The translations under genes were made by a program, and so were the position numbers. Under the pieces are notes generated by a model. The model saw only the letters and a list, made by a program, of their open reading frames with translations. It was not told the DNA's origin and searched no databases. Positions 39,145 to 53,772 of a stretch of 64,000 bases of DNA are shown in pieces (position 1 is the stretch's first letter; each line of letters opens with the position of its first letter). The stretch spans positions 1-64,000 of the forward strand of contig JBNKHE010000011.1 in the NCBI GenBank assembly GCA_050290185.1, given 5' to 3'. The DNA comes from Pontiella sp. GTDB taxonomy: Bacteria > Verrucomicrobiota > Kiritimatiellia > Kiritimatiellales > Pontiellaceae.

Positions 39145-40347
39145 TTATTGGAACTTGGAGATGTCGATCTGATAGACCTTGTCGTCCCTGATGTAGATTC
39201 TCAGACCTAGGTTGCGCCACAACATCATGGTTTCGGTGATTTTGACTTCTTTTTCCCCAACCGGCCTTGGGCGTCGGTTTTCCCAAATCGCCATTTCGGA
39301 CGGTTGGCCATAAGCATCCAGTACTTCTTGTTCAGAACTCCCCATTTTAATGCCTTTGGAGGTTTGCCCATCGAATTCGCTGTCGAAACTTATACCGATC
39401 ACATGATGATCCTTGTTTACTGTGCATTTGATGGGCCATCGCGTCCATTGCAACCATGGTCGAGCGGGTATGCTCCAAGGGTTTGGCGTGCCAAGATACT
39501 CGGTCACCTTTTCGGCCGATGCGCCTAAGCGTACGACGCCCCATCCAACGCCCTCGGTAATAATCTTGGGTTCGCCTGGGTCGATGTACGAGCCGCGGAT
39601 GAATACATAATAGCCAGGCTTTTTATCGTCGTTGAGCACGTCTCCAGACCGCCATTCCAGAAACAGGTATTCCCAGTTCCGGATGGTTACGATGCTGAAA
39701 TTTGCCTGGGACTGGTCTCCACTGCGGAATAGTTGATTCCCTTTCCAGGTCCACCCTGGCTTGCTGGTGCTGCCGTCGGGACGGAAGACGAGTTCCTTCA
39801 GTTCAAGCGCGCCTTGCCATGTGTGTTGGTCTGGATCGAAGGCCTTGATTCCCGGAACAAAATCTATGCTGGTCCAAGGTCCGACTATGGGCGATCGGGC
39901 AGGGGGCTGTTCCACGGTGGGCGCTGATTCGGGGCTGGATTCAGGGTCAGCAGCATCCGTTTGATCCGGGCGAACGGCCTTGCCGGTCGTTGTTGATTTG
40001 TTCCAAAAGATGATAGCAACAACGCTCATGGCGATACAGGCCAGCACAACGACGGCGCATCCTTTAAGCAATCCTTTGGATGAGGATGGGGGAATCTTTC
40101 CCGACTGTTGTGCAAGGTTGAAATTACGTGGGCCGTACGATTCCGGGGGATCCAGTTCGGCAATGATGGCTTCCAGCAGATCCATGGTCGGTTCGCCTTC
40201 GGACCGGCTTTCCAGTGCATCGTGGATGTGTGTCTCGATGGATTCCAGGATTTCCCGCTGTTCGTCGGCGGGGAACTCTCCGAGGTGGTTACGTACCTGG
40301 CCGATGTGCTCGTAGATGCGGGTCTTCAGTTCGATGGACAGATTCAT
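39145..40347 (-). CDS. HAAS/DUF1700-like membrane protein with extracytoplasmic domains
   Basis: EQREILESIETHIHDAL...IIAELDPPESY, one TM, then repeats GVVRLGASAEKVTEYLG / GIKMGSSEQEVLDAYG. Start overlaps the padR stop. Confidence 0.82.
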   Translation of the reverse strand: MNLSIELKTRIYEHIGQVRNHLGEFPADEQREILESIETHIHDALESRSEGEPTMDLLEAIIAELDPPESYGPRNFNLAQQSGKIPPSSSKGLLKGCAVVVLACIAMSVVAIIFWNKSTTTGKAVRPDQTDAADPESSPESAPTVEQPPARSPIVGPWTSIDFVPGIKAFDPDQHTWQGALELKELVFRPDGSTSKPGWTWKGNQLFRSGDQSQANFSIVTIRNWEYLFLEWRSGDVLNDDKKPGYYVFIRGSYIDPGEPKIITEGVGWGVVRLGASAEKVTEYLGTPNPWSIPARPWLQWTRWPIKCTVNKDHHVIGISFDSEFDGQTSKGIKMGSSEQEVLDAYGQPSEMAIWENRRPRPVGEKEVKITETMMLWRNLGLRIYIRDDKVYQIDISKFQ

Positions 40348-40685
40348 GCTTCACCTCCGGGTTTCCCCTGTTTCAGTTTTTCGATGGCGGTCTGTAGATT
40401 GTTCCAATAGAGATTCATTTCCTGGACGCGTTGCCGGCCCAGTGCGGTCAGCGAGAAGTAGCGGCGGGGTGGTCCGGAACTGGAGGGTTTGACCTGAACC
40501 TTCAAATAGCCATCCTTGCGCAGGCGGCTGAGAATCGGATAGACCGTGCTGTCGGTCACCACCAGTTCTTCGATCTGCTGAAGCGACTGCAGGATTTCGT
40601 AGCCGTAGCTTTCCCCATGCTGCAGGAGGTTCAGGACGCTGAACTCGATCAGCCCTTTTCGTAATTGCGTAACCCATGTGCTCAT
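40344..40685 (-). CDS. PadR-family transcriptional regulator
   Basis: QLRKGLIEF, SYGYEI, TVYPILSRL, GPPRRYFSLT. Confidence 0.95.
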   Translation of the reverse strand: MSTWVTQLRKGLIEFSVLNLLQHGESYGYEILQSLQQIEELVVTDSTVYPILSRLRKDGYLKVQVKPSSSGPPRRYFSLTALGRQRVQEMNLYWNNLQTAIEKLKQGKPGGEA

Positions 40686-40698
40686 AGAAATCCTCCGG

Positions 40699-40732
40699 TA
40701 CTACGCATACTGGTATACCGCAATGCATAGTA
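40699..40732. promoter_or_regulatory. Tandem TAC-N11-GTA boxes, likely PadR operator
   Basis: TACTACGCATACTGGTA + TACCGCAATGCATAGTA, just upstream of padR. Confidence 0.55.
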
Positions 40733-40835
40733 GCGCAAGGAAAAACTTCATCAGGGATTTACATCGCACCGTGCCTGGGAAATATTTCCTGCCTTTGAAA
40801 GGGAATCAGGCCTCACGGCTCAATCGTCACGTAAT

Positions 40836-41897
40836 ATGCATCTCAAGCCCCTACAATTTGGATCGGTTGAAATCGGATTCCCGGTGGTGCTTGCCCCGAT
40901 GGCGGGCTACACGGATGCGGCCATGCGTACGCTGTGCCTTGAGCACGGTGCCGGCGCGGTCTATACCGAGCTGACCAGCGCCGAGGGTATCCGCCGCGAT
41001 TCGGAGAAAACCTTTGCGGTGCTCGATACCGCCAAAAACGAACATCCGATTGCCGGCCACATCTTCGGGCGCGACCCGAAGGCGATGGTGGCCGCTGCGA
41101 AATATGTCGAACGGACCGGCCAATTCGACTGGATCGATATCAACTGCGGCTGTCCGGTTAAAAAGGTCGTATCGCGCGGCGCCGGCGCAGCGTTGATGAA
41201 GGATCTGCCGCTGATGGGCGAGATCATTGAAAAGGTGAAAAAGGCGGTTTCATTGCCGGTCTCTGTAAAGACGCGCATCGGCTTCAACAATGATTCGGCC
41301 TGCCACCTCGAAATCGCAAAGGTGGTGGAAGAGAGCGGGGCGGATATGATTGCCGTCCACGCGCGGTTGGCCAAGAATTTCCATGGCGGTGATCCCGACT
41401 GGTCAGCGCTCGGCGAAATGAAACAGGAGCTTTCGATTCCCGTCATTGGAAACGGCGGCGTTTTCACGCCCGAAGACGCGCGGCGCATGGTCGAGGTTTC
41501 CGGTGTCGACGGTGTCATGATCGGTCGCGGCGCCATCGGAACCCCGTGGATTTTCGAGCAGATCCGCGGATTGCTTTCTGGAGGGACGATGTCCCCATCG
41601 TCCGCGGACGACGAGGACGTTGCCCCTCCATCCCTGGATGCCCGTCGCAACATGATGGCCGAGCACCTGCGGCGGCTGGTGGAGCTGAACAAGTTGAAGC
41701 AAAATGGGGCGCGGCGACCGGCAAAATATTCGGCGGAGGAGTCGGCCTGCATCCAGTTCCGCACCCATATTCCCTATTACGTGAAGGGAATGTTTGATAA
41801 AAAGCAGCTGTTGATGAAGCTGGCAGCGTTGATGACCGTCGAAGCGATCCTGGAAGAGGTCGATATTTTGGTGGAGAAGAATATGCGTGACGAGTGA
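40836..41897 (+). CDS. dusB: tRNA dihydrouridine synthase B
   Basis: LAPMAGYTD, IDINCGCP, GAGAALM, VSVKTR, AVHAR, IGNGGV, VMIGRGAIGTPW. Confidence 0.9.
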   Translation: MHLKPLQFGSVEIGFPVVLAPMAGYTDAAMRTLCLEHGAGAVYTELTSAEGIRRDSEKTFAVLDTAKNEHPIAGHIFGRDPKAMVAAAKYVERTGQFDWIDINCGCPVKKVVSRGAGAALMKDLPLMGEIIEKVKKAVSLPVSVKTRIGFNNDSACHLEIAKVVEESGADMIAVHARLAKNFHGGDPDWSALGEMKQELSIPVIGNGGVFTPEDARRMVEVSGVDGVMIGRGAIGTPWIFEQIRGLLSGGTMSPSSADDEDVAPPSLDARRNMMAEHLRRLVELNKLKQNGARRPAKYSAEESACIQFRTHIPYYVKGMFDKKQLLMKLAALMTVEAILEEVDILVEKNMRDE

Positions 41898-41972
41898 CGA
41901 TTGAAACGTGATTTTCGGCTCACGGCTCACGGCTCACGGCTCACGGCTCACGACTCACGGCTCAATCGTCAC
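41885..41972. repeat. Heptamer inverted-repeat element (N4-TGA)x4 / (CGGCTCA)x7
   Basis: Seven CGGCTCA units at 41916-41964 (one is CGACTCA). Perfect IR GTGACGATTGA (41894) / TCAATCGTCAC (41962); overlaps the dusB stop. Confidence 0.9.
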
Positions 41973-41990
41973 TTATCGCGAAAGGAAAAA

Positions 41991-42251
41991 ATGACTGAAG
42001 AAATTGAAATGAACGTCGGCACCCAACCTTTGGATGCCATTATGACCGAGAAGAATATCAAGAACCACGACCTCGTCGAGATTGCCCCTCCGGGATTCCT
42101 GACACACAAACAGGTCCAGAAAGGCCGAAAAGGCCGCCGCCTGACGATGCATATGCAGCAGAAGATTCTCGATGCGCTAAACATTTACAGCGCCCCCGAG
42201 TCCTATGAATGGGAAGAGCTGTTTACCTATCGCGGTAAAAAGCCGTTATAA
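41991..42251 (+). CDS. Small hypothetical protein (possible HTH-like)
   Basis: AAGGA RBS; MTEEIEMNVGTQPLDAIM...LTHKQVQKGRKGRRLT. Confidence 0.8.
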   Translation: MTEEIEMNVGTQPLDAIMTEKNIKNHDLVEIAPPGFLTHKQVQKGRKGRRLTMHMQQKILDALNIYSAPESYEWEELFTYRGKKPL

Positions 42252-42294
42252 TTAATGGCCTCGCCGAGGTGAAACTACATAGGCTTCATGCATT

Positions 42295-45111
<2,817 letters not shown>

Positions 45112-45133
45112 CGGGAACAACGCGCAAGTGCAT

Positions 45134-46288
45134 TTACGGGTTGTGAACCACGAATCCCAAGGAATGGATTTTGTGTAGTAATCCGGGGGATGCGTTTTGG
45201 GCGTTCACGGTGGTGTTCATGAATTCGCGGCGCATGCGGTAGTTCTTGCGCAGGATGTCGAAGTTTCTGGCCCGGTCGATGTCGGAGTGGACGGCTGCCT
45301 CGCGGATGAGCCGGTCGTCCGTCTCGATATCGTATACTTGCTTAACAATGTCGTGGAGTACTTCCTCGTCGTCGCGTCCGGCGCAGTCGAGTTCAATTGC
45401 CGGTACTTCCGGGGCCGGGAGGGATGCGGCCATGTCCCAGCGCTTGGAGATCTCGAAAAAATTGCAGAGCTCGTTGTAGCAGGCGATGGTTCCGTTGAGC
45501 TTGCCTTCGTAGGAGTGTCCGGCAATGTGCGGCGAAGCGAGATCGGTGAGCTTGAGTACATCGTTGCGGAAGGCGGGTTCCGGGCTCCAGACATCGATGA
45601 TTGATCTGGATACGGTTCCACCTTGGCGCGCTGCAAGCAGGGCGTCGTAGTCGCAGACACTGCCGCGGGCTGCGTTGATGAAGATGGCGCCGGGTTTGAG
45701 CTGCTCGAAGAAGAGGTAGTCGGCCATGTATTCCGTTGGCCAGGGTTTTTCTTTAATGAGCGGAACATGGATCGTGACGATATCGGATTCGGCCAGCACA
45801 TAATCGAGCGGATAGTAGTCCGGGTCGGCCGATACGGCGGCTAGCGGGGGGTCGTTGCGCAGGACGCGCATGCCCAATTTCCCGCATTTTTTTACGACCC
45901 GGCTGCCAACATTGCCGCATCCGATGACGCCGATGGTTTTCCCTTCCAGGTCGAAGTTGTGGCGCCGGCCAAGAACGAGCAGGGCGGATATCAGATATTC
46001 GGAAACGCTGTTGGCGTTACAACCGGGCGCGGCACATCCGTAGATTCCCTGCGAGTGCAGATAGGCCGCATCGATATGATCCGTGCCGGCGGTTGCTGTA
46101 CCGACAAACTTGACGGGGGTGCCATCTAGCAATTCGCGGCTGATTTTAGTTTTTGACCGGACAATAAGCGCATCGGTGTGGGCGAGGTCGGCCTTGGTAA
46201 TTTCGCGGTCTGGAATGACGACCGTCTTCCCGATGGATGAAAAAGCTTCCTGACCCAGCAGGACCGTCTCTGCGCAGATAATCTTCAT
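45134..46288 (-). CDS. pdxB: Erythronate-4-phosphate dehydrogenase
   Basis: LIVRSKT, TATAGTDHID, APGCNANSV, GCGNVG, INAARG, PHIAGHS, LRKNY. Confidence 0.92.
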   Translation of the reverse strand: MKIICAETVLLGQEAFSSIGKTVVIPDREITKADLAHTDALIVRSKTKISRELLDGTPVKFVGTATAGTDHIDAAYLHSQGIYGCAAPGCNANSVSEYLISALLVLGRRHNFDLEGKTIGVIGCGNVGSRVVKKCGKLGMRVLRNDPPLAAVSADPDYYPLDYVLAESDIVTIHVPLIKEKPWPTEYMADYLFFEQLKPGAIFINAARGSVCDYDALLAARQGGTVSRSIIDVWSPEPAFRNDVLKLTDLASPHIAGHSYEGKLNGTIACYNELCNFFEISKRWDMAASLPAPEVPAIELDCAGRDDEEVLHDIVKQVYDIETDDRLIREAAVHSDIDRARNFDILRKNYRMRREFMNTTVNAQNASPGLLHKIHSLGFVVHNP

Positions 46289-46341
46289 GCGCTCATTGTC
46301 CGCTCTTGGTCTGGCAGGCTCAAGTTCGAATACAGGGAAAG

Positions 46342-46671
46342 TCAGAGGCTCTTGCGGTATTCCCGGTTTTTTACGGAGGGATGGTGCTGGGAGTGCTGCT
46401 TATGCCGGGCGTGGGTGGAATTTTTTTTCCAGAGGTGGGGAAACCAAAACTTCGATGTTGCGAGGATCAGCTGGAAAAACATCAAAATACCCGTGATGAT
46501 CAACGTAAGTATGCCGCGCTGCCGGAAGACTCCCGTGCCCTCCTCCTCGGCAAAGAAGGACAACGCGAGCAACATGCCGATGACCAGAGTCAGGATCATG
46601 GATCCTGTCAATACGGGATGCGGCCGCATCGTGAAGTGCGGGACCGTTCCTCTGGTCGGTTGAAATGCCAT
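46342..46671 (-). CDS. Two-TM hypothetical protein
   Basis: GGAG RBS; two hydrophobic helices; directly downstream of tRNA-Leu. Confidence 0.7.
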   Translation of the reverse strand: MAFQPTRGTVPHFTMRPHPVLTGSMILTLVIGMLLALSFFAEEEGTGVFRQRGILTLIITGILMFFQLILATSKFWFPHLWKKNSTHARHKQHSQHHPSVKNREYRKSL

Positions 46672-46685
46672 CAGTTTACTCCAAA

Positions 46686-46769
46686 TGGTGGGCGAGGCGG
46701 GACTCGAACCCGCACGCCAGTGGCACGAGAACCTAAATCTCGCGTGTATACCAATTTCACCACTCGCCC
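46686..46769 (-). tRNA. tRNA-Leu (anticodon TAG), CCA encoded
   Basis: Minus strand GGGCGAGTGGTGAAATTGGTATACACGCGAGA-TTTAGGT-TCTCGTGCCACTGGCGTGCGGGTTCGAGTCCCGCCTCGCCCACCA; long variable arm. Confidence 0.97.
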
Positions 46770-46817
46770 TTTAAAAATCGCGCCCGAATCTAGAGGGTGA
46801 TGCGGGGGTGCTCAAGA

Positions 46818-47444
46818 TCAAAAAAGATGGTTTTTCCAAATCTTTTGCAGAGAGCCGATCGCGGCCGACGGATTGGATGAATTATTCACGGCGCTTACGA
46901 CGCAGAAGTTTTCGATTCCGCACTCCAGCAACTGCGGGAGATTGTCCGTTGTGATGCCTCCGATGGCCACCGAGGTGATCGGGGTGTTGTGCATAATGCG
47001 TCCGGTCTCCTCCGGTCCGATAGCCGGATCGGCATTGACTTTGGTCTGCGTTGGGAAAACGGGGCCGATACCGACGTAGTCGGGGTGGAGGGCGTGGGCC
47101 TGGGCCGCCTGTTCCATGCTGTGGGTTGAAAGCCCGAAGGTTTTTCCGGGGGTATTCCAGCGCTCCCGGGCATCGGCAATGGATAGGTCGGTTTGGCCGA
47201 GGTGGATGCCGTCTGCATCCACTTCCATCGCGAGATCGAGGTCGTCATTCACGATGAAACGCGTTGCAGTGCGGCTCGTAATTTCCCGGTACAGCCGGGC
47301 GGTCTCGCTCGCGGTTTTCCGCGGGGCATCCTTCATGCGCAACTGCAGATAACGCACGTTGCAATCAACCGCCGCCTGTGCAACGGCCTCGTAGCCAGCG
47401 ACCGGATTCGTGGCAATTAAATATAGACCAAATCGTTCTCTCAT
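46818..47444 (-). CDS. thiE: Thiamine-phosphate synthase
   Basis: LQLRMK, FIVNDD, GIHLGQTD, GLSTH, GPVFPTQTK, VAIGGI. Confidence 0.96.
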   Translation of the reverse strand: MRERFGLYLIATNPVAGYEAVAQAAVDCNVRYLQLRMKDAPRKTASETARLYREITSRTATRFIVNDDLDLAMEVDADGIHLGQTDLSIADARERWNTPGKTFGLSTHSMEQAAQAHALHPDYVGIGPVFPTQTKVNADPAIGPEETGRIMHNTPITSVAIGGITTDNLPQLLECGIENFCVVSAVNNSSNPSAAIGSLQKIWKNHLF

Positions 47445-47587
47445 GCGCCTGAGCCTACTGAACTTGCCGTCCAAGGGAAGTCCCAATCCATCGCAAATCC
47501 GCTTGTGGCTGTTTCAGTTCTGCTATAAAACCTTAAGGATATTGTCAAAGAGACGAGGTTTTAATGTTCAATCGAAAGGATCGTGCC

Positions 47588-48439
47588 ATGTTTGGAAAGA
47601 GGAGGCTTCACTACGGAGGGTTTGGTGTTTGGATGCTGATCGGATTGCTATTCCTGGCCGCCTATTGCCGGGCGGAGATGCATATCTTTACCTCACCGAA
47701 TGGTCAGGCGATCGAGGCCAAAATCGTGGGGTATGATGAGCGGGCCGGATTGGTGCAGGTGGAGCGCAAGGATGGCAAGCGCGTAAAGGTTAAGCCCTCG
47801 ATTTTTGTGGAGGATGATCAGCGTTACATCCGGAATTGGGTAAGAAGCCAGGCCGTTCTTTCCAAACGTTCGCTCAGGATCGAAAGTACGGAGCGCACGG
47901 TGAAGGAATGGAAGGAAGAGGAATCGATGGACGTTACCTACTCCAACGGAAGCACGGAAAAGGATTTTATCTACAACGAGATCGAATTTGAAAGCGTGGT
48001 GTATGACTTTACCTTCAAGAATGGGACGCGCAGTACAATCACGGATCTGGTGCTGGAGTATTGCATCTACTACGAGCAGTCCGGAACGACGTGGCAGAAA
48101 AAGCCGGAGCCTCAGATCAAGACCCGATATGGAAAAACCAAAATTGCCGTCATCAAGGCGGATGAACCACTGACTATTTCAACCGAGCCGGTGATGATTT
48201 ATGAAGATTCGCTTAATATGTTGCCGCAGGCCGGCGGCGATCAGCGCCGGGCGGGAGAAGGTGCCATGATTGGGGTTCATGCACGTATCAAGCTCGAGGT
48301 GGATGGGGAGGAAGTCTCTCGTGAATGGTCCTATCCAAAATCGCTCGATCAGGAAAAATATCCGTGGGTAGAAACCACCTCGCCCAATGAACATGCACAT
48401 TTCAAAGACCTGTTTGGAGTTCACCAAGGTCAGGAGTAG
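47588..48439 (+). CDS. Secreted SHD1-like domain protein
   Basis: Signal peptide; HIFTSPNGQAIEAKI...FVEDDQRYIRNW; LEYCIYYEQ. Start uncertain. Confidence 0.8.
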   Translation: MFGKRRLHYGGFGVWMLIGLLFLAAYCRAEMHIFTSPNGQAIEAKIVGYDERAGLVQVERKDGKRVKVKPSIFVEDDQRYIRNWVRSQAVLSKRSLRIESTERTVKEWKEEESMDVTYSNGSTEKDFIYNEIEFESVVYDFTFKNGTRSTITDLVLEYCIYYEQSGTTWQKKPEPQIKTRYGKTKIAVIKADEPLTISTEPVMIYEDSLNMLPQAGGDQRRAGEGAMIGVHARIKLEVDGEEVSREWSYPKSLDQEKYPWVETTSPNEHAHFKDLFGVHQGQE

Positions 48440-48597
48440 GCCTTCCGCAGAGCGCGCTGATTCCAGGGCGGATTGTCGCGGTTTATGCTTCATGTGAAGC
48501 TGCTTATGCGCCGTGGCGGGAGGGGTATTAGATTTTTTACGACAAGATTTTTTCGGGTTTCATTAACAAGATTCACATAAAGAAAGGTGGGGGAAGC

Positions 48598-49380
48598 ATG
48601 AAGCGATTGATTCTGTGGATGGTGGTGGTGGCGCTGAGTACGCACGTATGGGCGGACGGTGAATATCACGAGTTTACCGACAACCAGGGACGTTCCATAA
48701 AAGGACGTATTGTGTCATGCGATGTGAAGAAGAAGATGGTCACGATCGAACTTGAAAATAAACACAAGGCGACTGTTTCCATCGTTGGGTTCTCCAAGGA
48801 TGATCAGACGTATATTCTCGACTGGATGCGTCTCGACTCAGTGCGGTCCGAATCGAAGTTCAAGATATCCTTCGACCGCCGCAGGCTGGATTCGTGGAAT
48901 GAAGAAATTCTGGGAGCGATCTCCTATGCCAGCGGCGCTGTCGAAAAAGATCAAGTGGTCGGTAAGAACTCTTTTGAAAAAACCGGCTTCGAGATCACGC
49001 TGAACAACCGAAATGATGGTCCGGTGGATGGGCTTGTTCTGAAATACTGTATATTCTACCAGCAGGATGTAAATGTGGAGGGAGAGGCGGTTCCGGGGGT
49101 GTTGTACGGGGAAGTATCGCTCAACGTGATCGAGAAGTTTTCGAAACAGGTGATTACTACGGACCCCGTCGTGACCTTGAAGAGCGAATATGACTCAAGC
49201 TTTCTCGATGCAGAAGTGCTCAGCGGGGATGTGATCGGAATTGTGGTCCGGCTTTGCACCGCCGGAGAGGGCGGAGGCGAGGTGCTTCGCGAATTATCCA
49301 TGCCGGATAGTCTCAGGGATGAGGGCAAATGGGTTGACGAAAGCAAACCGGTCGGGGCAAACGTTGTTGCGGGAGACTAA
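48598..49380 (+). CDS. Secreted SHD1-like domain protein, tandem paralog
   Basis: Signal peptide; HEFTDNQGRSIKGRI...FSKDDQTYILDW; LKYCIFYQQ. Confidence 0.82.
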   Translation: MKRLILWMVVVALSTHVWADGEYHEFTDNQGRSIKGRIVSCDVKKKMVTIELENKHKATVSIVGFSKDDQTYILDWMRLDSVRSESKFKISFDRRRLDSWNEEILGAISYASGAVEKDQVVGKNSFEKTGFEITLNNRNDGPVDGLVLKYCIFYQQDVNVEGEAVPGVLYGEVSLNVIEKFSKQVITTDPVVTLKSEYDSSFLDAEVLSGDVIGIVVRLCTAGEGGGEVLRELSMPDSLRDEGKWVDESKPVGANVVAGD

Positions 49381-50375
49381 GCTACTTCCGCAACGGAGTA
49401 ACGGTCGAGCACCGCTCTTACTTCGGAAATGCTCTCGGTCTTCATGAGTTGTGCCCGCAGGTCGGCTGCACCGTGGAAGCCTTTTGAGTAGATGGAATAG
49501 TAGCGCCGCAGGATGTGGAAGTTTTTGGTCTTGCCCCATGTGCGGTCAAAAAGCTCGGTATGATTCCACAGCATATCGAGCTTTTCTTCTTTCGTTCGCG
49601 CGTGTTGCTCGTTCTGGAAAAGCCATGGGTTCTCGAATATGCCACGGCCGATCATGGCGCCATCGAGTCCGAACTCGGCGCATTTTGAGCGGGCCTCCTG
49701 CAGCGATTGTATATCGCCGTTTCCCAGCACCGGGAGGTCCAGATCCATCTGGTCACGCAATCTCGCCGCCTTGGCAATCTCGTTCCAGTCGGCCAGCCCG
49801 TGCGACATCTGTTTCTGCGTGCGCCCATGGATGGTCAGCGCCGCCGGGTTGGTTTCGAGCACGTGCCCGATCCACTCCTCGGTGGCGATCGACTTTAAGC
49901 CGATGCGTGTTTTGACGGACACGGGAAGATGTGTTGATTCCTTGGCGGCCAGGATGATTTCCTTGGCGAGCGCCGGATTTCCGATCAATCCCGAACAGCA
50001 GCCGCGCCGGACCACTTTGGGTACGGGGCAGCCCATGTTGATATCGATGCCGTCGAAGTCCATCTCCTGGGAGATTTCTTTGATGACCTGCCGGTAGTTT
50101 TCTGGTGTGTTTCCCCAAATCTGGGCCACGATCTTGACGTTTTTTTCCTTGAGAAGCTTTCGTTCGTGCTCAGTCACGTGCAACCGATGGGCAACGCGTT
50201 TGCGTCCCTTTTTGTGGAGGAGGCCATCGGTGGAAACAAATTCCGTCATGACCACATGGAGGCCGCCGGGATCGGCTACGCCCAGCAATAATTCGCGTAG
50301 CACGGTATCGGTCACATCCTCCATCGGCGCCAGCGCGATGATCGGTTTGTCGATGGATTTCCAGAAATTAGCCAT
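49377..50375 (-). CDS. tRNA dihydrouridine synthase family protein (second Dus)
   Basis: LAPMEDVTD, DINMGCP, VSVKTRIG, TIHGRT, GNGDI, MIGRG. Confidence 0.93.
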   Translation of the reverse strand: MANFWKSIDKPIIALAPMEDVTDTVLRELLLGVADPGGLHVVMTEFVSTDGLLHKKGRKRVAHRLHVTEHERKLLKEKNVKIVAQIWGNTPENYRQVIKEISQEMDFDGIDINMGCPVPKVVRRGCCSGLIGNPALAKEIILAAKESTHLPVSVKTRIGLKSIATEEWIGHVLETNPAALTIHGRTQKQMSHGLADWNEIAKAARLRDQMDLDLPVLGNGDIQSLQEARSKCAEFGLDGAMIGRGIFENPWLFQNEQHARTKEEKLDMLWNHTELFDRTWGKTKNFHILRRYYSIYSKGFHGAADLRAQLMKTESISEVRAVLDRYSVAEVA

Positions 50376-50443
50376 GGGAATTCAAGGGGTAGGGACAACG
50401 GTTCTCAGTGGTCCGCAGTGTTCTGAGACAGAGCTTCCTGTCT

Positions 50444-51436
50444 TTATGCCGGTTCGGATTCTGCAATCGCTATCACGAAACCGGCGTCTTCGATCATGCG
50501 CTTGTCTTCGTCATAGCTTTGACCGCCGGTTGTCAGATAGCCGGCGGTAAACATGGAGTTGGCCGGATAGAGTGCGAGTGGTTGCAGGTCGCGCAGCGTG
50601 GTTTCGCGTCCGCCGGCAATCCTGACTTCGACGGAAGGCATGACGAAACGGAATAGGGCCAGGCTGCGCAGGCAGTCGTTAGGCGCAAGCGGATTGGGTT
50701 TGCCGTAAAACGGAGTGCCGGGGCGCGGGTCGAGAAAGTTCAACGGCACGGAGTCGACATCCAGGTCGGACAAGGCAAAGGCGAGGTCGACACGGTCCTG
50801 CAGGCTTTCACCCATGCCGAACAGTCCGCCGCAACAGAGATCAAGTCCGACCTTCTTGACAATCCTTGCCGTGTTGACGCGGTCTTCGAAGTCGTGGGTC
50901 GTCACCACTTCCTTGAAATAGTTTTCAGAGGTTTCGAGGTTGTGGTTGAAGCGGTCGACGCCGGCATCCTTCAGCTTCAGGGCTTTTTCTTCGGTCAGCA
51001 GGCCGAGGGAGGAGCAGATTTCGAGGTTGGGGTGTTTCTGTTTGATCTGGATCGCGGCCTCGCAGATGGTTTCCAGCTCGTTGGGGTTGGGTGCGCGGGT
51101 GCTTGATACGACGCAATAGCGCTTGGCGTTGCGGTCGGCGGCAGCCTGTGCTCCCTCCACAATACTTTCGACCGTTTGCATATCGTAGCGCTCGACATCG
51201 TTGATGGCCGAGGTGGACTGCGAACAGAACGCGCAGTCTTCTGGACACTTTCCGCTCTTTACATTGCGCAGCAGATGAAGCGAAACGGTGTTTCCGAAAT
51301 ACTTCTTGCGGATACGGTAGGCACCCTGTAGCACCTCCAGCAGCTCGTCGTCCGCCGACTCCACAATGGCCAGCGCCTCGGTCTCCGTAATCTTACCGCC
51401 GTCCAGTATGCGGTCGCTCAACGTTTTCCAGTCCAT
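50444..51436 (-). CDS. bioB: Biotin synthase
   Basis: CPEDCAFCSQS, FNHNLETS, CCGGLFGMGE, VPLNFL, GGRE, YLTT. Confidence 0.98.
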   Translation of the reverse strand: MDWKTLSDRILDGGKITETEALAIVESADDELLEVLQGAYRIRKKYFGNTVSLHLLRNVKSGKCPEDCAFCSQSTSAINDVERYDMQTVESIVEGAQAAADRNAKRYCVVSSTRAPNPNELETICEAAIQIKQKHPNLEICSSLGLLTEEKALKLKDAGVDRFNHNLETSENYFKEVVTTHDFEDRVNTARIVKKVGLDLCCGGLFGMGESLQDRVDLAFALSDLDVDSVPLNFLDPRPGTPFYGKPNPLAPNDCLRSLALFRFVMPSVEVRIAGGRETTLRDLQPLALYPANSMFTAGYLTTGGQSYDEDKRMIEDAGFVIAIAESEPA

Positions 51437-51587
51437 GGTTTTCCTCCTGCACGTATAAAAACGGGCGTTTTTGATAGGGGGGCGGATAGTAGCGGGGTGC
51501 ATTATGCCGATCAATCCGTAAAACATGATAATAATAATTGTTGTGAATTGACTCCTTCTAGCGGGCAGGTAGATTGCAACTCAATAT

Positions 51588-51664
51588 CGCTAGGGGTGCC
51601 CTGCAGTTTTGGGGCTGAGAAAAACCCTTGGAACCTGTCCGGATAATGCCGATGTAGGGAAGCG
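51588..51664 (+). ncRNA. TPP riboswitch aptamer
   Basis: AGGGGTGC...GCTGAGA...ACCCTTGGAACCTGTCCGGATAATGCCGATGTAGGGA, upstream of thiC. Confidence 0.95.
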
Positions 51665-51671
51665 CACCTAA

Positions 51672-53693
<2,022 letters not shown>

Positions 53694-53717
53694 GTCAAGG
53701 TCTGTAGCATGAGGAAT

Positions 53718-53754
53718 AAAACAACCCCGCTGTTGATTGCATCGGGGTTGTTTT
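53718..53754. terminator. Bidirectional terminator between thiC and the vWA gene
   Basis: AAAACAACCCCG...CGGGGTTGTTTT. Confidence 0.85.
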
Positions 53755-53772
53755 CATTTACACCTTACCGGA

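Noticed and set aside
42252..42294. LexA/SOS box upstream of uvrA
   Set aside because: No CTGT-N8-ACAG, GAAC-N4-GTTC or TGTTC-N4-GAACA in the 43-nt gap.
46686..46769. tRNA-Leu as an integration site
   Set aside because: No integrase and no duplicated tRNA 3' end were seen; the flanks are housekeeping genes.
51540..51582. BirA operator upstream of bioB
   Set aside because: Only a weak, imperfect inverted repeat that does not match TGTAAAC-N14/16-GTTTACA well enough.
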